Shown: positions 17,509 through 26,519 of the stretch, in pieces
How the letters are laid out: each line of letters begins with the position of its first letter
How positions within the stretch are numbered: the stretch's first letter is position 1
Position numbers and translations under genes: made by a program
NCBI GenBank assembly: GCA_021154885.1
Contig: JAJKHS010000091.1
Span: 9,089-73,088 of the forward strand
Direction: 5' to 3'
DNA length: 64,000 nucleotides
Source of the DNA: Thermoanaerobaculum sp.
Lineage (GTDB): Bacteria > Acidobacteriota > Thermoanaerobaculia > Multivoradales > UBA5704
Notes under the pieces: model-generated
Seen by the model: the letters and a program-made list of their open reading frames with translations, nothing else
What the model was told of the DNA's origin: nothing
The model's database searches: none

Positions 17509-20151
17509 ATGGACATCAATAAACTGACGCAGAAATCCCAAGAGGCATTGCAGAGCGCTCAGACCAAAGCCCTGCGCTATGGCCACCAGGAGGTGGACGG
17601 CGAGCACCTGCTCCTAACTCTTTTGGAGCAGCCGGAGGGGCTGGTCCCCCGCCTGCTCGCCCGCATGGAGGTGCCCACCGAGGCCATGAAGGCCGAAGTC
17701 GAGCGTGAGCTCTCCCGCCGGCCCAAGGTCTCCGGACCGGGGGCCGAAGCGGGCAAGATCTATCTCACCCAGCGGCTGCAGCAGATCCTGGTGCGGGCCG
17801 AGGACGAGGCCAAGCGGCTGAAGGACGAGTACGTCTCCGTCGAGCACCTGCTGCTGGCAATGATCGAGGAGGCCTCCTCCTCGCCCGTGGGCCGCATCCT
17901 CGCCAGCTTCAATCTCACCCGTGACAAGTTCCTCGCCGTGCTGACGGCGGTGCGGGGCAACCAGCGGGTCACCAGCGCCATGCCGGAGGTCGCCTACGAG
18001 GCCCTGGAGAAATACGGCGTCGACCTCGTGGCCGAGGCGCGGCGCAACAGGCTCGATCCGGTCATCGGCCGCGACTCGGAGATCCGGCGGGTGATCCGCA
18101 TCCTGTCGCGCAAGACCAAGAACAACCCGGTGCTCATCGGCGAGCCCGGCGTGGGCAAGACGGCCATTGTCGAGGGCCTCGCCCAGCGCATCGTGCGCGG
18201 CGACGTGCCGGAGTGGCTGAAGGACCGCGCCCTCTTCTCGCTCGACATGGGGTCCCTCCTCGCCGGCGCCAAGTACCGCGGCGAGTTCGAGGAGCGTCTC
18301 AAGGCCGTGCTCAACGAGATCAAGCAGAGCGAGGGGCGCATCCTGCTCTTCATCGACGAGGTCCACACCATCGTCGGCGCCGGCAAGACCGAGGGCTCGC
18401 CCGACGCGGGCAACCTGCTGAAGCCCATGCTCGCCCGCGGCGAGCTGCACTGCATCGGCGCCACCACCCTCGACGAATACCGCAAGAACATCGAGAAGGA
18501 CGCGGCGCTCGAGCGGCGCTTCCAGCCGGTGATGGTCGATCCGCCGTCCGTCGAGGACACGGTCTCCATCCTCCGCGGCCTGCGCGAGCGCTTCGAAGTG
18601 CATCACGGCGTGCGTATCCAGGACAACGCCCTGGTGGCGGCGGCCGTGCTCTCCAACCGTTACATCTCCGACCGCTTCCTGCCGGACAAGGCCATCGACC
18701 TCATCGACGAGGCCTGCGCCATGATCCGCACCGAGATCGACTCGATGCCCCAGGAGCTCGACGAGGTCACCCGCCGGGTGATGCAGCTCGAAATCGAGGA
18801 GGCGGCGCTCAAAAAGGAGAAGGACAAGGCGAGCCGGGAGCGGCTGGAGGACCTCCGCCGCGAGCTGGCGGATCTCAAAGCCCAGGCCGACGCCATGCGC
18901 GCTCAGTGGGAAGCCGAGAAGCAGTCGATCGAGGAGGTGCGGGCCCTGCGCCAGCAGATCGAGCAGGCGCGCCTGGAGATCGAGGCCGCGGAACGGCAGT
19001 ACGACCTCAACAAGAGCGCCGAGCTGCGCTACGGCAAGCTCCCCCAGCTCGAGGCCCAGCTCCGGGAGAGGGAGGCGATGCTCGGGGAGAAGCAGAAGAG
19101 CGGCGGCAAGCTGCTGCGCGAGGAGGTCACGGATGAGGAGGTGGCCGAGATCGTCTCGCGCTGGACGGGCATTCCGGTCACCCGGCTGGTCGAAGGCGAG
19201 CGCGACAAGCTGCTGCGGCTCGACGAGATCCTCCACCAGCGCGTGGTGGGCCAGGACGAGGCCGTCCGTCTGGTGACCGACGCCGTCATCCGCGCCCGTT
19301 CGGGGATCAAGGACCCGCGGCGGCCCATCGGCTCTTTCATCTTCCTGGGGCCCACCGGCGTGGGCAAGACCGAGCTCGCCAAGACGCTCGCCCAGTCGCT
19401 CTTCGACAGCGAGGACAACATGGTCCGCATCGACATGAGCGAGTACATGGAGCGGCACACCGTATCGCGGCTGATCGGCGCGCCGCCGGGCTACGTCGGC
19501 TACGAGGAGGGGGGCCAGCTCACCGAGGCGGTGCGGCGCAAGCCCTACTCCGTCATCCTCTTCGACGAAATCGAAAAGGCGCACGGCGACGTCTTCAACG
19601 TGCTCCTCCAGATCCTCGACGACGGCCGGGTGACCGACTCGCAGGGGCGGACGGTGGACTTCAAGAACACCGTCATCATCATGACCTCGAACATCGGCTC
19701 CCACCACCTGCTGGAGGGGATGACGCCGGAGGGCGAGATCTCCGAGCGGGCGCGGGACGCCGTGATGCGTGAGCTGCGGAGCCACTTCCGGCCCGAGTTC
19801 TTGAACCGGGTGGACGACATCGTGCTCTTCCGAACGCTGACGCTGCCCGAGATCGAGCGCATCGTCGACCTGCAGACCGAGGACCTGAGGAAGCGCCTGG
19901 CGGACCGCGGCGTCCGTCTGGAGCTCTCGGAGCCGGCCCGGGTGCTGGTGGCCCGTCAGGGTTTCGACCCGGTCTACGGCGCCCGGCCGCTGAAGCGCTA
20001 CCTCCAGCACGAGTTGGAGTCGAAGATCGGCCGCGCCCTGATCGCCGGCGAGGTCCACGACGGAGCCCTCCTCCGCGTGGACGTCAAGGGCGGAGCGCTC
20101 GCCGTCGAGATCGAGAACCCCAAGGAGGCGGAGGTGGCGGTGGGGGTGTAA
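17509..20151 (+). CDS. clpB: ATP-dependent chaperone ClpB
   Basis: 880 aa, two AAA+ modules with Walker A GEPGVGKT and GPTGVGKT, middle coiled-coil domain, canonical N-terminus [18 protein letters not shown]. Confidence 0.9.
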   Translation: MDINKLTQKSQEALQSAQTKALRYGHQEVDGEHLLLTLLEQPEGLVPRLLARMEVPTEAMKAEVERELSRRPKVSGPGAEAGKIYLTQRLQQILVRAEDEAKRLKDEYVSVEHLLLAMIEEASSSPVGRILASFNLTRDKFLAVLTAVRGNQRVTSAMPEVAYEALEKYGVDLVAEARRNRLDPVIGRDSEIRRVIRILSRKTKNNPVLIGEPGVGKTAIVEGLAQRIVRGDVPEWLKDRALFSLDMGSLLAGAKYRGEFEERLKAVLNEIKQSEGRILLFIDEVHTIVGAGKTEGSPDAGNLLKPMLARGELHCIGATTLDEYRKNIEKDAALERRFQPVMVDPPSVEDTVSILRGLRERFEVHHGVRIQDNALVAAAVLSNRYISDRFLPDKAIDLIDEACAMIRTEIDSMPQELDEVTRRVMQLEIEEAALKKEKDKASRERLEDLRRELADLKAQADAMRAQWEAEKQSIEEVRALRQQIEQARLEIEAAERQYDLNKSAELRYGKLPQLEAQLREREAMLGEKQKSGGKLLREEVTDEEVAEIVSRWTGIPVTRLVEGERDKLLRLDEILHQRVVGQDEAVRLVTDAVIRARSGIKDPRRPIGSFIFLGPTGVGKTELAKTLAQSLFDSEDNMVRIDMSEYMERHTVSRLIGAPPGYVGYEEGGQLTEAVRRKPYSVILFDEIEKAHGDVFNVLLQILDDGRVTDSQGRTVDFKNTVIIMTSNIGSHHLLEGMTPEGEISERARDAVMRELRSHFRPEFLNRVDDIVLFRTLTLPEIERIVDLQTEDLRKRLADRGVRLELSEPARVLVARQGFDPVYGARPLKRYLQHELESKIGRALIAGEVHDGALLRVDVKGGALAVEIENPKEAEVAVGV

Positions 20152-20204
20152 GCTCCTGAAAGTGTCGGAAGAAGATTGAGCTGACCGATTCGAGCCAGCG
20201 AGAT

Positions 20205-20233
20205 CAGCGGCAAGCCGGCCGGGCTTTTTCTTT
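20205..20233 (+). terminator. Putative rho-independent terminator after clpB
   Basis: GC stem CAAGCCGGCCGGGCTT followed by TTTTTCTTTC. Confidence 0.45.
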
Positions 20234-20240
20234 CAGAAAC

Positions 20241-20491
20241 CTAATAAGCCTTGTCCCGCGGTAGCACCCGCAGGATGAGCAGAAGCGGACCGGCTGGATC
20301 TTTCTGAAAACGAACCCGCCAATCCCCTACCCGGAGCCGCCACTCTGGAGGGTGGAGGCCCTCCAATGGACATCTCCAGAACCCGTCGAGGCGAAGCGTT
20401 CGACCGCAGCCACTACACGCGCTCGGATCTGCGGGTCGAGCTTTCGCGTGTCTTTCAATGCACGAGGCGCCCAAACGATTTGCCAGCTCAT
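20241..20491 (-). pseudogene. relE: RelE/ParE-family toxin gene disrupted by frameshift
   Basis: ATG at 20491 overlaps antitoxin stop (ATGA). N-terminal frame MSWQIVWAPRALKDTRKLDPQIRARVVAAVERFASTGSGDVH stops at 20327. The C-terminal RelE signature PEWRLRVGDWRVRFQKDPAGPLLLILRVLPRDKAY lies in another frame and ends at 20241. Confidence 0.6.
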
Positions 20492-20778
20492 CCGAGGCCC
20501 AGCTCGCGCTTGACCTCTTCGTGCGAGATGCCTTTGGCCTCCCGAGCCTCACGTCGAGCTTCGGAGAGCCCGCCGTCGGCGTCGTCCGCGTCGCGTTCAT
20601 CGTCCAAGGGTGCCGTCAGCAGGGCCCGAAGCACCGGATCCGACGTGGCCCGCAGGCCCTCAAGGACTCGGGCAGCCACCGGGAGATCCTGCTCGGGCAA
20701 GTCATCGATCAGCCGGTGCAGTGCGTTTCTTCCGCCCATCGTCGCTTCCACCTCCTGTGCAGATAGTTGCCCCAGCAA
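20488..20778 (-). CDS. Putative type II antitoxin partnered with relE
   Basis: Small acidic protein ending ISHEEVKRELGLG, stop overlapping toxin start; true start may be internal Met (MGGRNALHRL). Confidence 0.45.
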   Translation of the reverse strand: MLGQLSAQEVEATMGGRNALHRLIDDLPEQDLPVAARVLEGLRATSDPVLRALLTAPLDDERDADDADGGLSEARREAREAKGISHEEVKRELGLG

Positions 20779-20929
20779 AGGAGCCCCTGACGATCTAGGA
20801 TATCAGACGGAACGCCGGTCCTCTCCGCGAACGGAGCGCCGATACGATGACGTTGGTGTCGAGGACGGCTCCCCAAGGAGGCGGAGGTGGAAGTGGGGGT
20901 GTGAGATCTACCCGGCTCTCCTGAAACCG

Positions 20930-20960
20930 GCAAGCCCGGCCGCGAGGCCGGGCTTTTTTC
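20930..20960 (+). terminator. Terminator hairpin in duplicated clpB 3-prime remnant
   Basis: AAGCCCGGCC-GCGA-GGCCGGGCTT followed by TTTTTC; preceded by a duplicate of the last 9 clpB codons. Confidence 0.45.
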
Positions 20961-21044
20961 TTGGAATCCGACCCGCAGCCTGTAATTGGCGGCGGGCTGC
21001 CATCACTGAATCAGGTGAACGCGCCACCAGAAAGGAGAAAGCGT

Positions 21045-21449
21045 ATGGCCAACATAGAAGGTGAATGGGAAATCCACTCGCGAGCAAAGAAGCCGACGAG
21101 CAACGGCAGACCCAACCGGATCTATTCCGCAAAGACTTGGACGATCAGCCAGAACGGCCGAGGTTGGGAGGCACTCTGGTGGTTTCAGGACGAAGAAGAC
21201 TCACTGCTGAACGAGCTCCCAGGTTCGGACGGTGGATCTTTCATCTTCCACAATGGATACAAGGATTGCACGGTCAGAGCCTGGCTGATCACCAATAGCC
21301 TCATGGTCGGCATCGCGACGAAGTACGAAGCGACCGACGAGAGACACTGCAAGGACGGACCCGTCTCAGACGATGACATCGACGTCTTCGTGGCGATGAG
21401 AAAAGGCCCCGCCGACTATACGGAGGCCACCGCTCGACCGGACCGTTGA
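21045..21449 (+). CDS. Hypothetical protein (134 aa)
   Basis: AAGGAG SD 8 nt upstream of ATG; no recognisable domain; GC visibly lower than flanks. Confidence 0.45.
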   Translation: MANIEGEWEIHSRAKKPTSNGRPNRIYSAKTWTISQNGRGWEALWWFQDEEDSLLNELPGSDGGSFIFHNGYKDCTVRAWLITNSLMVGIATKYEATDERHCKDGPVSDDDIDVFVAMRKGPADYTEATARPDR

Positions 21450-21709
21450 ATCCGAGGGGCTTGGCTACTCTTGCCTGGGAATCCGCAGCAGGTTATAGTC
21501 TGTACGAAAGCGACGAGATTCCATGAGGCCGCCAAGCCCCCGCATGGCGCCACCCTGTTCCATGTGAGGGAGGTGTCGTCACGCGCAACACGATCCTCTT
21601 CGTCCTGCCTCTCACCCTGGCCGGCGGAGCTCAGCCAGGCGGCCCGACCGCTTCGCTCGTCCTGAGCGCGGGCGACTACGTCCAGCTTCGGGCGGAGCAG
21701 GACGTCGAC

Positions 21710-24700
21710 GTGACGGTGAGCGTCCGGGACCCTGCGGGATTTCTGGTGACCGAGGTCGACGCCCTCACTGGACGTATCGAGCCAGAGGTCGTCCGCTTCG
21801 TCGCGGAAGCCCCCGGGATCTACAACATCGCGGTCCGTGCCCTGGAGAGTTTCCCCGGGGCACCACAGCCGAGTCTGGAGATCGACGAGATCCGTCGTGC
21901 GACCTTCCAGGATCGCTGGGTGGCAGCGGAGGAAGCGTCCCTGGCGCGGCTCGACAAGGGCTTCTCCGACCAGGACCCGGACGCTCTGCAGGCGGCGCTC
22001 CCAGCCTACCAAGGAGCTCTGGAGCGGGCTCGCCGGCTTGGAGACCTCCCCCGGCAAGCGGGGCTGGTCTACCGTCTCGGCGTGACTCACAACCGCCGGG
22101 GAGAGGTCGCGGCGGCACGGGACGACTTTGCGGCGGCCCTCGATCTTTACCGCCGGGCCGGCAATCCCAAAGGGATCGCAGCCACCCTCAATCAGCTCGG
22201 ACGCGTGGAGCGGCGCCTGGGAGACGTCGCGGCGGCGGTCCGGGATCTTACAGAGTCGCTGCGCCTGTGGCAGGGCCTGGGTGCGGAAGGCGAAGCGGCC
22301 GACGTCGGCAACAACCTGGGGTTTCTCGAGCAGTCGACGGGACGCTACGACGAAGCTCTGGAGGCCTATGACCGAGCCCTGCAGATCTACCGCAAGCGGC
22401 AGAACCTCGCGCGCCAGGCTTCCGTTCTGAACAATATCGGGGGCATCTATGACGGCCGCGGCGAGCCGGAGCAGTCTCTCCTCTACTACCGGGAGGCCCT
22501 GCCCCTCAGCCGGTCGCTGAAGAACCGGAGCCTGGAATCCGAGTTGCTGAACAACTTCGGCGCCGCCTACGTCCGCCAGGGGAAGCTCCAGGAGGCGCTT
22601 GACTCTTATGTCTCTGCGCTCGAGCTGATGCGCAGCCTCAAAGCCGAGAACCGGGAATCCCAGGTACTGACCAACCTGGCGGACCTGTTCATCCGGCTCG
22701 GTTCCCCCGAAAAGGCCCGGGAGCTTTTCGCCCGGGCGCTGGCTCTCCAGAAAAAGAGCCCCGACCGCCAGAGCGAAGCCGCGATCCTCGGCAACCTCGG
22801 CAGGGTCTCGACGCTCCTTGGCCAGTTCGCCGAAGCAGAGGACTTTCTCAATCAGGCCCTGGAGCTGGCGATCCGCACCGGGGATCGGTCGAGCCAGACC
22901 CTGACCCTGGTGCAGAAGGCTGAGCTCCTCGGCGCCCTGTCGCGACCGGACGAGGCGCGGGTCTCTCTGCATCAAGGCTTGAGCCTCGCCCGCCAGCTCG
23001 GCGATCACGCCGCGGAGCTCGTGGCCCTCGGCGCCCTGGGCCGCTTCGAGGCAGCCCGCGGCGAAACCGAGCCGGCGCGCCGGGACCTGGAGGCGGCGCG
23101 GCGGCTGGCCCAGGAGCTGGGCATCGTCGGGGAAGAGGCGAAGGCGCATCAGGAGCTGGCGCGGCTGGAACGGTCCCAGGGGCACCTGGACGCCGCCCGC
23201 GGTCATGTCGAGACGGCGCTAGCGCGTTTCGAGTCGCTGCGCTCGGACGTCGCGGGGGATCAGTCGCGGACCTCCCTCTTCGCCACCCAGCGCGAAGCCT
23301 ATGACCTCGACGTGGACATTCTCGAACAGCTCCATCTCGATACCCAGGCCTTCGAGGCCGCCGAGCGGGCACGGGCGCGCGGTCTGCTCGACTTCCTCGG
23401 CCAGGCGCAAGTGGACGTGCGGGAGGGCGATCCCCAACTCCTCGCCGAGGAGGGTCGTCTGCGCGCGGAGATCAACGCCAAAGCCGCCCTCCGTGCCGAG
23501 CTGCTGCGCAAATCGGACGGCGCCGCGCAGGCAGGGGCCCTCACACGGGAGCTGACGGCCCTCTCCGCCGAGCACCAGATCGCCGAGGCCCGCCTGCAGG
23601 CGCGCAGCGCCCGCTATGCCCGGCTCACCCAACCCGACACGCGGCTCTCCGAGCTCCAGGCCACGCTCGACGGGAACACCGTCGTCCTCGAATACTTCCT
23701 CGGCGAGCCCCACAGCTACCTCTGGAAAGTCTCCGCGAGCTCCTTCGCCAGCTTCGAGCTTCCCGGCCGGGAACGGATCGAGTCGCTGGCGCGGCGCGTC
23801 CACGAGCAGCTCGGCAGTCTCGGCACCCGAGAGGGTGCGCGAAATCGACAGGACCTCGAAGAGCTCAGCAGGACCCTCCTAGGGCCGGTGCTCGATGGGC
23901 TGCAGAGCGAGCGCCTGGCCATCGTGGCGGACGGCGCTCTCCTCTACGTCCCGTTCGCGGCCCTGCTTATCCCGGCCGAGGATGCCGCGCGCACCCAGGT
24001 GCCCTTGGTGGTCGCTCACGAGGTGGTCCATCTCCCATCGGCGGCCGTGCTGCGGGAGATCCGCCGCGCCCGGCAGGAGAAGCCCCGGCCGGCGGGAGCG
24101 GTGGCCGTCCTGGCGGACCCGGTATTCGGGAAGGACGATCCCCGGGCGCATCAGGCGATGGCCAAGACCCCACCGGCCCACCCCACGGGAGAAGGCCTGG
24201 CGGACCTCCTCGGCCCTCTCCGGCAGTCCCAAGCCGGCGATGGGTACTCCCGCCTGACCTGGAGCGGCCGTGAAGCCGAGCTCGTGGCCGCCGCGGCCCG
24301 GGGGAGGGATGTCCTCATCGCGCGAGGCTTCCAGGCCAGCCGGGAGCTCGCCATCTCGCCGGACCTCGGCCGGTTCCGCATCCTCCACTTCGCCACTCAT
24401 GGCTTTCTGGATGCCCAGCACCCGGAGCTCTCCGGCCTGGTCTTCTCGCAGCTCGATCCCCAGGGCCGCTCCCGCGACGGCTTCCTGCGCCTCCAGGACG
24501 TCTACCATCTCCATCTCAACGCCGACCTCGTCGTCCTCTCCGGCTGCGAGACGGCGCTGGGCAAGAATCTCCGCGGCGAGGGTATCGTGGGGCTCACCCA
24601 CGGCTTCTTCCACGCCGGCGCCTCCCAGGTCCTGGCGAGCCTCTGGCCGGTGCGCGACCGGGCCACGGCCGAGCTGATGCAGCGCTTCTACCACGGCCTG

Positions 24701-24877
24701 TTCCACGATGGCCTCCCCGCCTCCGCCGCTCTGCGCCAGGCCCAGATCTCCCTGTGGAAAGAGCGGACCTGGCGCGATCCCTACTTCTGGGCCGCCTTCA
24801 TCCTCCAGGGCGACTGGCAGGCCGGAGAGCGATGGACGAAAGCTCAGGGCGCGATGTCGAAACCGGTGCCCCCCTGA
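21710..24877 (+). CDS. TPR-repeat protein with C-terminal CHAT (caspase-like) domain
   Basis: Many TPR units (AGNPKGIAATLNQLGRVERRLGD, YDEALEAYDRALQIYRK ...) then CHAT with His HFATHGF and Cys LSGCETALG dyad. GTG start; upstream in-frame signal-peptide-like segment ILFVLPLTLAGGAQ without a clear start codon. Confidence 0.7.
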   Translation: MTVSVRDPAGFLVTEVDALTGRIEPEVVRFVAEAPGIYNIAVRALESFPGAPQPSLEIDEIRRATFQDRWVAAEEASLARLDKGFSDQDPDALQAALPAYQGALERARRLGDLPRQAGLVYRLGVTHNRRGEVAAARDDFAAALDLYRRAGNPKGIAATLNQLGRVERRLGDVAAAVRDLTESLRLWQGLGAEGEAADVGNNLGFLEQSTGRYDEALEAYDRALQIYRKRQNLARQASVLNNIGGIYDGRGEPEQSLLYYREALPLSRSLKNRSLESELLNNFGAAYVRQGKLQEALDSYVSALELMRSLKAENRESQVLTNLADLFIRLGSPEKARELFARALALQKKSPDRQSEAAILGNLGRVSTLLGQFAEAEDFLNQALELAIRTGDRSSQTLTLVQKAELLGALSRPDEARVSLHQGLSLARQLGDHAAELVALGALGRFEAARGETEPARRDLEAARRLAQELGIVGEEAKAHQELARLERSQGHLDAARGHVETALARFESLRSDVAGDQSRTSLFATQREAYDLDVDILEQLHLDTQAFEAAERARARGLLDFLGQAQVDVREGDPQLLAEEGRLRAEINAKAALRAELLRKSDGAAQAGALTRELTALSAEHQIAEARLQARSARYARLTQPDTRLSELQATLDGNTVVLEYFLGEPHSYLWKVSASSFASFELPGRERIESLARRVHEQLGSLGTREGARNRQDLEELSRTLLGPVLDGLQSERLAIVADGALLYVPFAALLIPAEDAARTQVPLVVAHEVVHLPSAAVLREIRRARQEKPRPAGAVAVLADPVFGKDDPRAHQAMAKTPPAHPTGEGLADLLGPLRQSQAGDGYSRLTWSGREAELVAAAARGRDVLIARGFQASRELAISPDLGRFRILHFATHGFLDAQHPELSGLVFSQLDPQGRSRDGFLRLQDVYHLHLNADLVVLSGCETALGKNLRGEGIVGLTHGFFHAGASQVLASLWPVRDRATAELMQRFYHGLFHDGLPASAALRQAQISLWKERTWRDPYFWAAFILQGDWQAGERWTKAQGAMSKPVPP

Positions 24878-25143
24878 GGGAGCGTGCGATTGAACTGGCG
24901 CTTCACCCCCCGATACGTGATGGTCACGTTGTAAGAGCCGGCGGGAAGATCCTGCAGGTAGTACGAGCCATCGTCAGCGGTGACGGCCCGCTGCTTGCTG
25001 GACCCGGAGCTGAAATCGATCAGGGCGTGGGGGACCGGAGCTCTGTTCCCCTGGAACAACACCTTCCCACTGATGGGTGCCGCCACGACATGGGCTGCCG
25101 CAAAGATCAACAGGGCAACGGCCAAGGCGAATATGCGTTTCAT
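24844..25143 (-). CDS. Small secreted protein with carboxypeptidase-regulatory-like beta-sandwich motif
   Basis: Signal peptide MKRIFALAVALLIFAAAHVVAAP; TADDGSYYLQDLPAGSYNVTI resembles CarboxypepD_reg/Cna-B folds. Confidence 0.5.
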   Translation of the reverse strand: MKRIFALAVALLIFAAAHVVAAPISGKVLFQGNRAPVPHALIDFSSGSSKQRAVTADDGSYYLQDLPAGSYNVTITYRGVKRQFNRTLPQGGTGFDIAP

Positions 25144-25168
25144 GATGGGTCTCCTAGATCGTCCATTG

Positions 25169-25687
25169 TCAAGGGCTCGCCGGCGCCACCTGTAACTGCT
25201 GGCTCCTGCGGATACCGGTTTTGGTGTCTGTAACCCGTAGCTCATAGACTCCCGCCGGGATGGGTCGGTAGTAAGCGAACCGGTTGCCTTCCGGCATGAG
25301 AGTGAAGACCGCGTCTCGCGGGATCAGCTCGAGACTCAGACTCTGGCTGCCGAAATCGACCCCCGGAACGTTCTGCACGTCGATGACGCGGGATCCCAGT
25401 GGGCCGGGATGAAGCTTGTCCGGGGCGGTCGTGACCAGTAACAGCTCCTTCGCTTCGCTGTAGGTCTTGGCAGGATTGACGAAGAAGAACACGAGCAGCG
25501 TGAAACCCCAGATGGCGCTCGCGCCCCCCAATTTCACCGCCATGCTGCTCATACCCGGAGCCTGACCGCTCAACTGGGACGCCCCCTTGTTCCAGAAGAG
25601 CATGGCCGCCAGGAAAGCCGCAATCGTAGCGAACACCCACCACCCCGCACAGAACAAGAGGAGATGGTCGAGATTTGAGTCCGGCAT
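25169..25687 (-). CDS. Hypothetical membrane-anchored protein
   Basis: Two predicted TM segments (LLLFCAGWWVFATIAAFLAAMLF; IWGFTLLVFFFV) then soluble domain; upstream in the same operon as 24844..25143. Confidence 0.5.
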   Translation of the reverse strand: MPDSNLDHLLLFCAGWWVFATIAAFLAAMLFWNKGASQLSGQAPGMSSMAVKLGGASAIWGFTLLVFFFVNPAKTYSEAKELLLVTTAPDKLHPGPLGSRVIDVQNVPGVDFGSQSLSLELIPRDAVFTLMPEGNRFAYYRPIPAGVYELRVTDTKTGIRRSQQLQVAPASP

Positions 25688-25835
25688 CTTGTACCTACCT
25701 TTCCATGGAGCTTCCAGCAGGGAAGCTCAGCAAGGTAGGCGCCCGGCTTCTCTGTTTGTTACAGCGTTGCTAAGAGATATGACGTCGAGCAGCTTGGGGA
25801 GCAACTCTTCTCCGTCCCGGTGCTACGATGCACCC

Positions 25836-26306
25836 ATGGAGCCGCTCGACAAGGACATCGTCCGAGCCACAGAGAGCGTTCCCGGGATCTCCGTCCTGGT
25901 GCTCTTCGGCTCCCGGGCGCGAGGGACCCATCGACCGGACAGCGACCTCGACGTGGCGGTCTTGCCGCAGAGCCCGGATTCCCGAGCCCGCCGGCATCTC
26001 CAAACGGACGTTGCCGTGGCCCTCGCCGATCTGGCTCCCGAGGGCCGAGTCGACGTCGTCCTCCTCGACGAGGCCGACGCCGTGCTGCGGCAGCGGATCA
26101 TGGAGACCGGCCGGGTCCTGCTCAACCGGGACGACGAAACCTGGAAAGAGCTGCGGGTCCGTACCATGCGGGAATACGGTGACGGGGAGTGGGCGCGACG
26201 GCTCTACCGCGAAGCCCAGCGCCGACGACTGGAACGAGGTGAGCCAAGTGGTCGATCGGGAAAAGCTCTCGAGTCGCTTAGACGCGTTGGAAAGCTACCT
26301 CGCTGA
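25836..26306 (+). CDS. Nucleotidyltransferase (MNT-type antitoxin-like)
   Basis: GSRARGTHRPDSDLDVAVL minimal nucleotidyltransferase motif (GS-x9-DxD). Confidence 0.65.
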   Translation: MEPLDKDIVRATESVPGISVLVLFGSRARGTHRPDSDLDVAVLPQSPDSRARRHLQTDVAVALADLAPEGRVDVVLLDEADAVLRQRIMETGRVLLNRDDETWKELRVRTMREYGDGEWARRLYREAQRRRLERGEPSGRSGKALESLRRVGKLPR

Positions 26307-26349
26307 GCTGCGGACCTTCCGCGGCACCACCCGCGGGCACCAAACCTGA
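26248..26349 (+). pseudogene. HepT (DUF86) toxin N-terminal remnant, truncated after about 33 codons
   Basis: GTG start overlapping MNT 3-prime end; VVDREKLSSRLDALESYLAELRTFRGTT resembles the HepT N-terminus; premature stop at 26349, no Rx4HxY motif. Confidence 0.4.
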
Positions 26350-26519
26350 CCCTGCAGTCCTCCAAGCCGGCCGATATTTCCCGCGTCTACGCGGAGAGCG
26401 CCCTCTCTGCTTCCCAGGCTGCCCCAGAGCCATCTCCCTCGTCACCTCTAAACACTGAAGGCGACGTCTGTGTCTTCACCACATGGACACGGCGAGAGAA
26501 CGAATCCAACCAGGACACC

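Noticed and set aside
17614-20058. 814-aa minus-strand ORF
   Set aside because: Entirely antisense to clpB, whose product has unmistakable AAA+ motifs; no motifs in the antisense product.
21416-23206. 596-aa minus-strand ORF
   Set aside because: Antisense to the TPR-CHAT gene; low-complexity product.
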